In this document: piece by piece, positions 54,272 through 63,142 of the stretch
Layout of the letters: every line of letters starts with the position of its first letter
How positions within the stretch are numbered: position 1 is the first letter of the stretch
Virus record (IMG/VR): IMGVR_UViG_3300025838_000035
Span: 14,778 to 78,777 of that record
Length of the DNA stretch: 64,000 nucleotides
Reading direction: 5' to 3' (one strand)
DNA from: a virus
Lineage: Duplodnaviria > Caudoviricetes
Notes under the pieces: generated by a model
Database searches by the model: none
Told to the model about the DNA's origin: nothing
The model's input: only the letters and a program-made list of their open reading frames with translations
Made by a program: the position numbers and the translations under genes

Positions 54272-54296
54272 GTATGTTGAGCCCGACTCATCATTC
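54272..54296. promoter_or_regulatory. 25-bp pseudo-palindrome site 8 (intergenic, upstream of terS)
   Basis: GTATGTTGAGCCCGACTCATCATTC. Confidence 0.72.
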
Positions 54297-54364
54297 AATG
54301 CTGCAACTAAATGATTACATAGCCTGGTGAACTTAAAACGTTTTTCCCCTAGGGTTTTTAGTTG

Positions 54365-54395
54365 TTGACAATTGCAACGCATTGTAAGAATATCC
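54365..54395 (+). promoter_or_regulatory. Probable early promoter
   Basis: TTGACA then TGTAAGAAT (imperfect -10) at the head of the early gene run. Confidence 0.45.
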
Positions 54396-54436
54396 ATGCA
54401 CTTGCAAATAACTGCAAGGGATTACAAGGAGAACCA

Positions 54437-54751
54437 ATGAGAGATTATTTATATATCGGATCAGCACCACACGAAGAGGAATGCGCCCAAGTAGGACAAG
54501 CAGACTATTCAATTAAAGCAAAAGCAGAATGCAAACGCTTTGCCGAGCAAATTGACCGCCATTACCCATTACCCGATAACGCATCAATGGGTTATCTCAA
54601 AATCAAAGCAAACTACCACGATTTTGGAACTTACTACGAAGTTGTTGCAGTATTTGATGATGAATGCGAACTCAGCACCAATTGGGCTTTCTCCATTGAG
54701 GCAGATGAGCTTGGAGTATTAAGCAATTGGGACGAACTCGAAACAAACTAA
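54437..54751 (+). CDS. Early protein
   Basis: AAGGAG RBS, MRDYLYIGSAPHEEECAQVG...HDFGTYYEV. Confidence 0.78.
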   Translation: MRDYLYIGSAPHEEECAQVGQADYSIKAKAECKRFAEQIDRHYPLPDNASMGYLKIKANYHDFGTYYEVVAVFDDECELSTNWAFSIEADELGVLSNWDELETN

Positions 54752-54764
54752 AGAAAGAAAACAA

Positions 54765-54953
54765 ATGTTAACCCTATCCATGAAAACACCCAGTAACTAT
54801 TTCACACCAAAACAAGCACAGTTTATTGTCTATCAAAACAATGCTGACGAGCTTGATGGATGGACATATAAAGTAATTGATATAAGCAATTCTTTTGGGC
54901 TTGTAGCCATTCAAGTATTTGACGAAGAAGGTCAATTATTAGGTTATTTTTAA
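54765..54953 (+). CDS. Early hypothetical protein
   Basis: 62-aa ORF. Confidence 0.6.
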   Translation: MLTLSMKTPSNYFTPKQAQFIVYQNNADELDGWTYKVIDISNSFGLVAIQVFDEEGQLLGYF

Positions 54954-55019
54954 ATCAATATGGAAAGCCTTTCTAGGCTTTTCGGATTGTTTTTACCACC
55001 ACCACAAGGAGCTAAACCA

Positions 55020-55199
55020 ATGAACGTGATCCAAGTAAGAATCGACAAGCACTATGGGCAAATTGTCCTATATCCACAATGTGCTAAATCCCATTTATTT
55101 TGTGCCATCGCCAAAACCAAAACCATCACATTAGAAATGGAAAAGCACATTAGACAATTGGGCTTTGACATTATAGAAAAAACACTTTCAAGGAGCTAA
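55020..55199 (+). CDS. Early hypothetical protein
   Basis: AAGGAG RBS; YGQIVLYPQC...IAKTKTIT...LGFDI. Confidence 0.7.
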   Translation: MNVIQVRIDKHYGQIVLYPQCAKSHLFCAIAKTKTITLEMEKHIRQLGFDIIEKTLSRS

Positions 55200-55202
55200 A
55201 AC

Positions 55203-55355
55203 ATGATTGATTTTGTAATTATCGTTTTATCAGTAGCTTGTCACTTGATTAGCGTTTACTTAGTGCTTAATGCTTTTCTACTGTTCGGGCTTTGCTTTCT
55301 CGGACTTGGGACATTAGGTTTTTTATCAGTATTTGAAGAGGAGCTATTCAGATGA
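55203..55355 (+). CDS. Small hydrophobic membrane protein (50 aa)
   Basis: Hand translation MIDFVIIVLSVACHLISVYLVLNAFLLFGLCFLGLGTLGFLSVFEEELFR; AAGGAG RBS. Confidence 0.65.
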   Translation: MIDFVIIVLSVACHLISVYLVLNAFLLFGLCFLGLGTLGFLSVFEEELFR

Positions 55356-55645
55356 GATACCTACAAGAATTCCCAGACTATCCCGAGCCACTCCCCCAAA
55401 TTGATGGCTTTGAGGATATCTCATATAAAAACGATATATGCCCTTCATTGGGAAAACAAATAAAAGCCGATGTGTGGCTTACCCTCTTTTGCGACTACCC
55501 CAATTTTGAGGATAGAGAAACAGGAGGAAAACGCTACGCTTTTTTTGTTCAGGACGAAGGAGCAGACGATTACCTATTCACAACGGACGATCTCGAATCA
55601 ATGAAACACTTTATCAATGGATTTTTGAAAGGAATTGAAAAATGA
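55352..55645 (+). CDS. Early hypothetical protein
   Basis: FEDISYKNDICPS motif; GAGGAG RBS. Confidence 0.7.
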   Translation: MRYLQEFPDYPEPLPQIDGFEDISYKNDICPSLGKQIKADVWLTLFCDYPNFEDRETGGKRYAFFVQDEGADDYLFTTDDLESMKHFINGFLKGIEK

Positions 55646-55890
55646 TTACTTATGATTACAAACTAGCCGAGCATTGGATATGTCCCCTTATTTATGGGGA
55701 CTGCTCAGGACTTGAAGACGAAGAAGAAAAACAACTCAATGATTTTCTCGCTTCACTTCCAAAACATTATTACTTTAAAGCACCAATGCACCACCATTGG
55801 GACGTACAAGAAGAAGAATGCGAATTCACAGAAGACGAGATATCGGGACTCATGGCGAATTGTGCAAGCGTTAAATTAATTTTTATCTAA
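55642..55890 (+). CDS. Early hypothetical protein
   Basis: WICPLIYGDCSGLEDEEE. Confidence 0.7.
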   Translation: MITYDYKLAEHWICPLIYGDCSGLEDEEEKQLNDFLASLPKHYYFKAPMHHHWDVQEEECEFTEDEISGLMANCASVKLIFI

Positions 55891-55902
55891 AGGAACATAA
55901 AC

Positions 55903-56181
55903 ATGATCGCAATTCACACGAAATTTATTAAGCCTACTAATTCAAGAGGCGCTCGCATAAAAGCCTATACCGCCAATTGGGGAGACAGAAAAGGGTTTTC
56001 TGTAACTATTCCCTACCCATACGATCAAAGCTATCACTTGAGCCACTTTGAGGCAGTTAAAGAGCTTGTAAAAAAGCACAAACTTGAATGGAGCTTATCG
56101 GACATGAGATATGGGGACTCAGCCGATGGAAAGGGCTACTGCTTTTGTTTTAATCATTCAACTGTAGGAGAAAACCAATGA
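55903..56181 (+). CDS. Early conserved phage protein
   Basis: MIAIHTKFIKPTNSRGARIKA. Confidence 0.75.
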   Translation: MIAIHTKFIKPTNSRGARIKAYTANWGDRKGFSVTIPYPYDQSYHLSHFEAVKELVKKHKLEWSLSDMRYGDSADGKGYCFCFNHSTVGENQ

Positions 56182-56360
56182 TTGACCAACTATTAGAACT
56201 AATCCAAGAGACAGACCAAAAAAACCAACTAGCCATGCACTACATTGACAATGGAGAACCACAAAAGGCAATGCAAACACTTGCCCTCAATTACGATCTA
56301 TTGGGGACAATCCACGATCTATTGAGAGAAATACAAAAAACCGAAAAATCATATTATTAA
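56178..56360 (+). CDS. Early hypothetical protein
   Basis: Coupled 60-aa ORF. Confidence 0.6.
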   Translation: MIDQLLELIQETDQKNQLAMHYIDNGEPQKAMQTLALNYDLLGTIHDLLREIQKTEKSYY

Positions 56361-56372
56361 GGAGCTTAAAAC

Positions 56373-56570
56373 ATGGACGAAAGAACGCAATTCATTAGAG
56401 AACAAAAAAAGACTGAAGAACTCGCCAACAACGCATTGGACGAGGCAGTCTATTACATTCAGAGAAAATTGGGCATTGAATCGGGGGATTTTGCGTCCCA
56501 CTTTTTTAGCGATGGGCTCGTTTTAAAAGAGCTTATCCGATACATTGAAGAAGAAAAACAAGAAGTTTAA
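56373..56570 (+). CDS. Early hypothetical protein
   Basis: IQRKLGIESGDFASHFF; AAGGAG RBS. Confidence 0.68.
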   Translation: MDERTQFIREQKKTEELANNALDEAVYYIQRKLGIESGDFASHFFSDGLVLKELIRYIEEEKQEV

Positions 56571-56669
56571 AAGACCACTTTTTCATTTTTTGAATCACGC
56601 TTGTGTTGCGCCAGTAATGGCGCAGCATGAAAAAACTCGTCCGTTCACCAGGACTGCATTACTTTTTTT

Positions 56670-56885
56670 TTGGAGAAAAAAATGTTAATTGAAAATTCTA
56701 ATAATTGGACTTCCAACCAAATATATCAGAGCTTTTACCCCTCTGATTCACAGTTGCCATTAGAGCTAATGGAGCACCTTTGCTCTGTTAATGATGTTCT
56801 TTTGACTGATAACGTGATTAATCTATTGCGCTCCGCTTATGCGGAAACAAAATACAGAGTCACGCTTGAGGGAGTCAGACTATGA
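56670..56885 (+). CDS. Early hypothetical protein
   Basis: ORF; likely start at ATG 56682. Confidence 0.55.
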   Translation: MEKKMLIENSNNWTSNQIYQSFYPSDSQLPLELMEHLCSVNDVLLTDNVINLLRSAYAETKYRVTLEGVRL

Positions 56886-57064
56886 AATACCCCGAAAGTA
56901 TTTTAATAAATTTAGGCTTTAAATTCGAAAAGTGTTTGACAACAAACGATTCTCGGATTATTGCTAATGATATCCGAACTCTATTAAATGAACTGAGTCC
57001 CGAAGATCAAACGGAGGCTAGGAGATTAATAGAGGTCGGACGTAAAGAGGCTAGATTAAATTAA
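56882..57064 (+). CDS. Early hypothetical protein
   Basis: Coupled 60-aa ORF. Confidence 0.6.
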   Translation: MKYPESILINLGFKFEKCLTTNDSRIIANDIRTLLNELSPEDQTEARRLIEVGRKEARLN

Positions 57065-57081
57065 CTACAAGGAGTGTAAAA

Positions 57082-57444
57082 ATGGGATTCTTTTCTAAAA
57101 CGTGCGCTAAAACGCATATGCCAATTGTCAGCAACTTGAGAGGCTATCCACGCTTTCACAACGTTGCAGCATTAAGACCAAATGGCGAAATCGTTAAAGG
57201 TGTTTACGATGGATATGGACGAGTCAATGATGTTGAATTAACTGATGATTGGGACGATGTTAAATTGGTTTTACTATCCAATTATGACAATGAAACATTC
57301 CATGATCTCGGAAAATCTAAAACTGAATTGGGTCAGGGATGGTTTATGGACGATCAATTTTTGCTTTTTTGCTCGCTCAAGGATAGCTTTAAATCTTACG
57401 CTGAATACAAAAAGTATTTTAAAAAATACGCTAACTGGCTTTGA
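57082..57444 (+). CDS. Early hypothetical protein
   Basis: MGFFSKTCAKTH...GVYDGYGRV; AAGGAG RBS. Confidence 0.72.
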   Translation: MGFFSKTCAKTHMPIVSNLRGYPRFHNVAALRPNGEIVKGVYDGYGRVNDVELTDDWDDVKLVLLSNYDNETFHDLGKSKTELGQGWFMDDQFLLFCSLKDSFKSYAEYKKYFKKYANWL

Positions 57445-57592
57445 AAGGATTGAAATGAAACATCTATATGTATTGGTCGAAGAGGTAGACGTAATCGCAG
57501 TATTCACAGACCGAAAAAAAGCGGAAGAGTACGCAAAGATTAACGGCTTGAGAAATTACTACATTCAACAAACACAATTAAAGGATTAAAAA

Positions 57593-57949
57593 ATGATGCT
57601 CAACATTGGCGCTATCAGACGATGCCTAGAACTTTACAAGTATCACCTTTGCCATTGCAAGGATGAAGACGATATATATGGTGATGAAAACTACAATGAG
57701 GCTACCCGAACCCTCATGGAATTCGAGCTTATGCTCATTGAAAAGGTCAGACAAACGCATTCAGTAGACCAATTAAAAGCCCGAATAAAAGATATAAAAA
57801 TAGCTGAGATCAGGGAAAAAATGAAAAGGAGCACATTCGAAAATGTAATGGGTGAACTATTGGAAGAGGGCTTTTTCCCTCTATCCGAAGAATGCGAAAC
57901 CTATATGAGTGAACAAGTCGGGTCTGCTGACATTGTGATACTGCCATGA
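57593..57949 (+). CDS. Early hypothetical protein
   Basis: 118-aa ORF ending before the convergent primase. Confidence 0.62.
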   Translation: MMLNIGAIRRCLELYKYHLCHCKDEDDIYGDENYNEATRTLMEFELMLIEKVRQTHSVDQLKARIKDIKIAEIREKMKRSTFENVMGELLEEGFFPLSEECETYMSEQVGSADIVILP

Positions 57950-58006
57950 GGTCGCAGCAACAAAGAGAAAATCAGGTCAAACAAGGGACAGATTTTCTCG
58001 CTTGTG

Positions 58007-58849
58007 TCACGCTTTGGCTACTAATTTATTTTGGTTTAATAGCTTTACAATCCCTTGCGAAAATTTGAACAACCCTAGGCGAAGATGGTAATCATTTCCA
58101 TCCTCGCCTTTTTTATCGCTTATCCAATAAGGCAAACCTGTTTGTACTGCTGCCTTCTCCCCTGTTTCGCTCTCATCGTTATCCGCTATTACGATTCCTG
58201 AGTCACACTTACTCGCTAACTTCACCAGATTGTTTGCTGAAAAACAAACATGAATCCGATATCTAACCTTGTGGTTTTTCAAAGCTAGCCTCACGCTTAA
58301 CGCAGTAGCGTAACCCTCGCAAAAAATATCCACTCCATGATTATCAATAATGAACTCAGCTTCACTACTCTTTTGGCCATATAGAAACTTTTTCTCCCCA
58401 TTGACGTTAATCATTTGACAACCGACCAAATGCTCGCCAACACGCATTGGAATAATAAGCATTGGCCCATCTTGATGCTCGAAAACGTAGCCTGATTCAC
58501 CCTCGAAACCTTTCTTTCTAAGGTATGGATGGTGTGCGAACGTGCAATTTTTAAGGATGTGTGCAGCCTTATCAGACGCTTGCTTTTGTAACTGCAAAAT
58601 ACGCTCTGATTCACGCTTAGCCATTTCCCTATACTTCACTTGATCCAAGTATGAAATTGAATCAGGCTTCCAAGTAATGATCTTGTCGTGAACTGCATGA
58701 TTCTGAACGAACGCATGAGTACCCATGTACTTAACTGCCCCATTCTTTGACCTTGGATGATCCTCCGTTGGATACCTTTTCCATATGCCAATCGGAGGAT
58801 ATGAATCAATTAATATCCCTTGATCTCTACAAAAATCTATTAAATCCAT
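58007..58849 (-). CDS. Toprim-domain primase (TraC/DUF5710-like)
   Basis: HPYLRKKG, CQMINVNGEKKFL, FCEGYATA, IADND, DGND. Confidence 0.85.
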   Translation of the reverse strand: MDLIDFCRDQGILIDSYPPIGIWKRYPTEDHPRSKNGAVKYMGTHAFVQNHAVHDKIITWKPDSISYLDQVKYREMAKRESERILQLQKQASDKAAHILKNCTFAHHPYLRKKGFEGESGYVFEHQDGPMLIIPMRVGEHLVGCQMINVNGEKKFLYGQKSSEAEFIIDNHGVDIFCEGYATALSVRLALKNHKVRYRIHVCFSANNLVKLASKCDSGIVIADNDESETGEKAAVQTGLPYWISDKKGEDGNDYHLRLGLFKFSQGIVKLLNQNKLVAKA

Positions 58850-60324
58850 TAACGTGCCTTCTTCATTTGTCTGATGTAACGTCTGATGCCTTGGTCAACA
58901 AACTTAACCACTTCTGCGCTTGGAGTAGCCTCAACACTAGCCAAACCCTTGGGCCACACGCCAAACTTTTCCCTGTAAACGTGTGCAGCCCTCCCATTAC
59001 TCCACCCATGATGGTTGATAAAGTAATTCAACTGCGACCACCATGCCTGTTTATCCGCACGAGCTCCGAGGGTAGTCAGCTCCTCCATCTCTCCAGGAAC
59101 TGCTTCAATTTTGTTTTTGCGCTCCCTTACATGACCACAGTTGGAGCAAACGTCCATGTACCCAGGAAAATATGCCTCACACTTTGGACAAGTGGCTTCT
59201 TTCTTTTCCTTCTCACTTGGCTCAGGTCTGGTCTTTTCTGCCCCATCATCTAGCTCGTCTACCCCTTCTGAATAAACCCTCTCCCATTCTTCCCTGAATC
59301 GCAGATAGTTACCCGAATGATCTAGCCACAAAGCAAAATCCTTCCCCTCGCAGCCACGCATTACCCTACCCATCTGCTGAATATGGCTTGATAAAGACTT
59401 CGAAAACGGACGAGCTGACACACCAATCCGTACGTCTGGAACATCGAAACCCTTGGTCAATATGTCTGTTGCGATCAGCCCATGTATCTCTGTATCAGGA
59501 CGAGCAAAGTCTTCGATTACATCCTTTTTAAACTTATCGTCATCTCTGTAGGAGACTGATATAAAGTTAAAACCTTGCTCTGCAAAGCTACGAGCTAAGT
59601 CTGTACCATGCTCCACCCCTGAGCAGAACACAATCGTTTTAACTGGCTTGCCAAAGACTTCATGGGTTTTCTTGATCCACTCCCGAACAATGTCACCAGT
59701 AATGACTTTGCCCCTCTTTGTTGCCTCCTTTTGTGACCACTCGCCAGCAACTTTCTTAGCCCCTGTCATATCTATTTCTTTAGCAATGAACACTTTAAGA
59801 GGAACCAGAACACCCTGATCCACCAAATCTTTGGTGGTCACAGTACAGACTATGTTGTCATAGATATTTCCCAATCCCTTGGTAAATGGCGTAGCAGTCA
59901 AACCAATTACCCTGATCTCAGGATTCTGCTTGATGAACTCGACTGTCTGCTCCCTAGTCTGATGGCATTCGTCAACGATCAATAGCTTTAACTCAGGAAA
60001 CTCATTGCGTTTCTCTAAGGTTTGAGCAGAGCAGACTTGAATCAGCTCATATGGACGATAACGCCAATGCCCTGACTGTAGTACCCCATGCTCTATGGAA
60101 TACTTCTCTAGTCTTTGGGAGGTTTGATCGCATAGAACGATGCGATCTAAGATCATTGCTGCACGATTACTCTTCTGCTTTGTTGCTTCAAGTAATGCAA
60201 TGGCCATCTCTGTTTTGCCAGCCCCTGTTGGGGCATACAGTATTTGCGACTTGTTGCCTGATGCAAAGCCTTTACGCAAAGCATCAAGCGTGTTGACCTG
60301 ATAAGGTCTTAACTCTAAACCCAT
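58849..60324 (-). CDS. SF2 DEAD/DEAH helicase with C-terminal zinc ribbon
   Basis: APTGAGKT, IVDECH, GLTATP, HIQQMGRVMR, CPKC..CSNC. Confidence 0.92.
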   Translation of the reverse strand: MGLELRPYQVNTLDALRKGFASGNKSQILYAPTGAGKTEMAIALLEATKQKSNRAAMILDRIVLCDQTSQRLEKYSIEHGVLQSGHWRYRPYELIQVCSAQTLEKRNEFPELKLLIVDECHQTREQTVEFIKQNPEIRVIGLTATPFTKGLGNIYDNIVCTVTTKDLVDQGVLVPLKVFIAKEIDMTGAKKVAGEWSQKEATKRGKVITGDIVREWIKKTHEVFGKPVKTIVFCSGVEHGTDLARSFAEQGFNFISVSYRDDDKFKKDVIEDFARPDTEIHGLIATDILTKGFDVPDVRIGVSARPFSKSLSSHIQQMGRVMRGCEGKDFALWLDHSGNYLRFREEWERVYSEGVDELDDGAEKTRPEPSEKEKKEATCPKCEAYFPGYMDVCSNCGHVRERKNKIEAVPGEMEELTTLGARADKQAWWSQLNYFINHHGWSNGRAAHVYREKFGVWPKGLASVEATPSAEVVKFVDQGIRRYIRQMKKAR

Positions 60325-60346
60325 TATGATTCTCCACTACCAACAC

Positions 60347-61654
60347 TTATGCTCGTTGGCTTGAGCGTTCTTCTATTCTACTTCCTATCCATGACATGAC
60401 GTTTACAGCCATGCTATTGCCCAATGCTTTGTATCTCAAACCATCAGGAGATTCAGACTTACCACGCCAAGGGATGTTGGTGTGATTGTCTGGAAAACCT
60501 TGCAACCTTTCGCATTCGACTGGAGTCAGCCTTCTAACCGCATTGGTTAAAACTGTACCAATTGATTCACTCGCTCCACCTACTGGGCTTTTGATGGTTT
60601 GATTCACATCACTAACCGAATAGTTATAGGTATCAAATGCTTTAGCTACAAAGGTTTGTGCATGATGGCTTTGAACTGATGGCCACAAAGCGCCTATCGC
60701 ATTAGCCACTTCCAATTCAGTAGCACTAAAGGTGTTAGCTTTAGCATCTTCCCTGATTGAATATGCAACTAAGTCAGTAAACTCTTTGTGATCCCTTGCC
60801 GTCACCGTACTAGCCAATGGCGTATCCCCATATGAATCACTTCTCTGTCTGTTAAAGAAGTTAACCAATGGAACATTACCACCGCCAGTCCCCCATCTAG
60901 CAGACACCGTGCTGCATACATCACCCATCTCTTTGACCCTAGAATCATTGGGATGGTTTTCATAAACAGTTGGAATCAGCTTGCTTGATGTTCTGTTAAA
61001 TCCGTCTGTTCCTGAATCTTTGTAGTCTCGGGCTTGGAGTGGGCCACTAACGTCAATGCTTCCAAGAGCACTTTGGGTAGCTCCTTGCCTCTTTTCTCTG
61101 CTCGGCGGAGGATCCCCCGACATGCAAGAGGGCTCAAAAAGAACTTCTGCGCTATCCCTCCAACCTCCAAGACTTCCGACAACGAACACACGGCGGCGTC
61201 TTTGGGCCACTCCGAAGTATTGAGCGTCAAGCACTCTGTAGCTGAACCCATACCCGAGTTCCGCCACCGCCCCGAGGAAGGAACCAAAATCCCTTCCTCC
61301 ATTTGAACTGAGGACGCCAGGTACGTTTTCCCAAATAAACCACTTGGGCTTAAAGCGGTCAAGTATTCCACAATAGACAAGGGCGAGATTCCCTCTAGGG
61401 TCTTCAAGGCCTTTTCTGAGTCCCGCAACTGAGAAGGATTGACAGGGAGTTCCTCCCACAAGAAGGTCAATTGTTCCAATGTCCCACTCCTTATATTTGT
61501 TCATATCCCCTAGATTTGGGACGTTTGGATAGTGATGCTTGAGCACCGCACTTGGGAATGGCTCGATCTCTGAGAATGCGACTGGCTCCCACCCCAGTCC
61601 ATGCCAAGCAGATGTGGCAGCTTCTATGCCACTACACACAGATAAATATCTCAC
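60347..61654 (-). CDS. dcm: DNA cytosine-5 methyltransferase
   Basis: SVCSGI, GGTPCQSFS, WENVPG, QRRRRVF, RRLTPVECERLQGFPD, YKALGNS. Confidence 0.93.
   Translation of the reverse strand: MRYLSVCSGIEAATSAWHGLGWEPVAFSEIEPFPSAVLKHHYPNVPNLGDMNKYKEWDIGTIDLLVGGTPCQSFSVAGLRKGLEDPRGNLALVYCGILDRFKPKWFIWENVPGVLSSNGGRDFGSFLGAVAELGYGFSYRVLDAQYFGVAQRRRRVFVVGSLGGWRDSAEVLFEPSCMSGDPPPSREKRQGATQSALGSIDVSGPLQARDYKDSGTDGFNRTSSKLIPTVYENHPNDSRVKEMGDVCSTVSARWGTGGGNVPLVNFFNRQRSDSYGDTPLASTVTARDHKEFTDLVAYSIREDAKANTFSATELEVANAIGALWPSVQSHHAQTFVAKAFDTYNYSVSDVNQTIKSPVGGASESIGTVLTNAVRRLTPVECERLQGFPDNHTNIPWRGKSESPDGLRYKALGNSMAVNVMSWIGSRIEERSSQRA
60976..61479 (-). CDS. Overlapping-frame ORF resembling the beta polypeptide of two-component C5 methyltransferases
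   Basis: Same strand, different frame; GGAG-N7-TTG start; SSGRWRNSGM...CSLSEVLE...FFLSPLACRGILRRAEKRGKELP. Confidence 0.7.
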   Translation of the reverse strand: MEQLTFLWEELPVNPSQLRDSEKALKTLEGISPLSIVEYLTALSPSGLFGKTYLASSVQMEEGILVPSSGRWRNSGMGSATECLTLNTSEWPKDAAVCSLSEVLEVGGIAQKFFLSPLACRGILRRAEKRGKELPKVLLEALTLVAHSKPETTKIQEQTDLTEHQAS

Positions 61655-62421
61655 AGAACTCTCTTTTGCATGATAGCCACTTGGCGTTTCAACTGAGCAT
61701 TCTCTCTCTGATACTTATCCATGCTGGTCTTCAGGGCTCGGTTATCAATCTGCAATAGCTCGATCTCCTCCCTCAAAGCCTTGATGGTTTCTTCTGCTGC
61801 GCTCTTGTCTGAGTCAGAACCACCCATCATGGACACGGCTAACTTATCACTAAGCTCTTCATTCTTCTTAGTCAGATACTCAATTACTTCAGCATTCTGA
61901 TCTCTCTCAGGTACACCAATGTCCACCTCTTCTGGCTCGACAACCTTGCCCTTCTTACGCATAAACTCCTTGCCGTTGCGCTTAACAACAACTTTATCAG
62001 GCTTGTTTGTTCTGTATTTGCCTACAAAGGTATGCGATACGCCCATCCACTTGGCTATTTCTGAATCAGTCCACATGGATATCTCTGGGTCTTGGAGAGC
62101 ATCAGAAAGAATTTTTCTCTTGTCTTCAGTAGTCCAAGGCAAACCATGCTTATTGGCTTCCCAACATGCCCACTTGTAATCCCTGAGCGTGCCTGTCTTG
62201 ACTTCAGCTTCTATGCGAAACTTCTTACTGTTAACGTGAGCAAAGTACCTGTGCCATCCGTCAGCCAGTAGCAGATCACCCTCTATCCGATACAAAACTA
62301 TAGGCTCAAAGATTTCTCCATGAGACATTTTGACCGCATACTCTTCGATCTTCTCGTCATTGATCTCTATCCTTGCTTGATAGCTCTTCTTTAAATTGAT
62401 ATCGCTGATTGAAATTAACAT
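61651..62421 (-). CDS. ParB/Srx-fold protein with HTH and coiled coil
   Basis: LLADGWHRYFAH, SEIAKWMGVSHTFVGKYR, C-terminal leucine-zipper-like region. Confidence 0.8.
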   Translation of the reverse strand: MLISISDINLKKSYQARIEINDEKIEEYAVKMSHGEIFEPIVLYRIEGDLLLADGWHRYFAHVNSKKFRIEAEVKTGTLRDYKWACWEANKHGLPWTTEDKRKILSDALQDPEISMWTDSEIAKWMGVSHTFVGKYRTNKPDKVVVKRNGKEFMRKKGKVVEPEEVDIGVPERDQNAEVIEYLTKKNEELSDKLAVSMMGGSDSDKSAAEETIKALREEIELLQIDNRALKTSMDKYQRENAQLKRQVAIMQKRVL

Positions 62422-62548
62422 TTACTTCCCCTGATTCATTGTCCAACCCAAGAGGAAATAGCTCCACTTGGTATTAATATTTACGTTTGAGTATTTATGG
62501 CCCGTCCAAAGTTCAGAGATATCCCTTCCCTTTGTTGCCATGTAATTC

Positions 62549-62734
62549 TCAAATGCCGTTCTCGCTTGCTTCATCTGTATGCTCCTCGCACTTATGTTTC
62601 TCCGCTACTAAAATTGAACTGAAATAAATCCCACACTCCTTGCAACGATAAATAACACCAACAATCACTTTTGTTCTTTGATTACGAATGCCTTCATCGT
62701 CACGCTGACTGTAGGTTTTAATCGCTTCGATCAT
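62549..62734 (-). CDS. Small zinc-finger protein
   Basis: YRCKECG...HKC. Confidence 0.6.
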   Translation of the reverse strand: MIEAIKTYSQRDDEGIRNQRTKVIVGVIYRCKECGIYFSSILVAEKHKCEEHTDEASENGI

Positions 62735-62930
62735 TTCTTGCTTTCATCATTTCATCTGCCAATGTATATGCGTCTAATGCAATAACACTTGCTGGCGCAT
62801 CTTCATAATCAGGTCTTCCATTCATTGTTTGCATGGCAAGACCAGCGAACCAATCCCTCAAATCCATGCCGTGCTCTTGTGTGTTGTGTGGGTCTGCAAA
62901 TGCTTTCATGGTTACTCCTCTGTTGGCCAT
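62718..62930 (-). CDS. Small accessory protein (MDLRDWFA family)
   Basis: GMDLRDWFAGLAMQ...AYTLADEMMKAR. Confidence 0.72.
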   Translation of the reverse strand: MANRGVTMKAFADPHNTQEHGMDLRDWFAGLAMQTMNGRPDYEDAPASVIALDAYTLADEMMKARNDRSD

Positions 62931-63142
62931 ACGCTATAAACTGCTGGCTTGCCTTTTAAGCTCAGCTTTCCCTTGGTCGTGGATACAAATTCACTAGGGC
63001 TTACTTGTGGTAAATCATTGATCCACAATGGAGTCACCGTGCAGCCTTGCTGAATAGATCTGTCTACCCTGATTGTCTCGGTGTTATCACAAATGAACGA
63101 CTGTCCATCCTTTTCGATCAAAAGCCACTTCGTTTCTCTCAT
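62912..63142 (-). CDS. Hypothetical protein
   Basis: 76-aa coupled ORF. Confidence 0.6.
   Translation of the reverse strand: MRETKWLLIEKDGQSFICDNTETIRVDRSIQQGCTVTPLWINDLPQVSPSEFVSTTKGKLSLKGKPAVYSVWPTEE

Noticed and set aside
6201-54296. Palindromic repeats as a CRISPR array or REP/MITE family
   Set aside because: Copies are kilobases apart with no spacer periodicity and no cas operon; in-gene copies are in frame without target duplications.
51703-60324. Inteins or introns in terminase, primase or helicase
   Set aside because: Lengths are ordinary, and no C...HN splice motifs or homing endonuclease inserts were seen.
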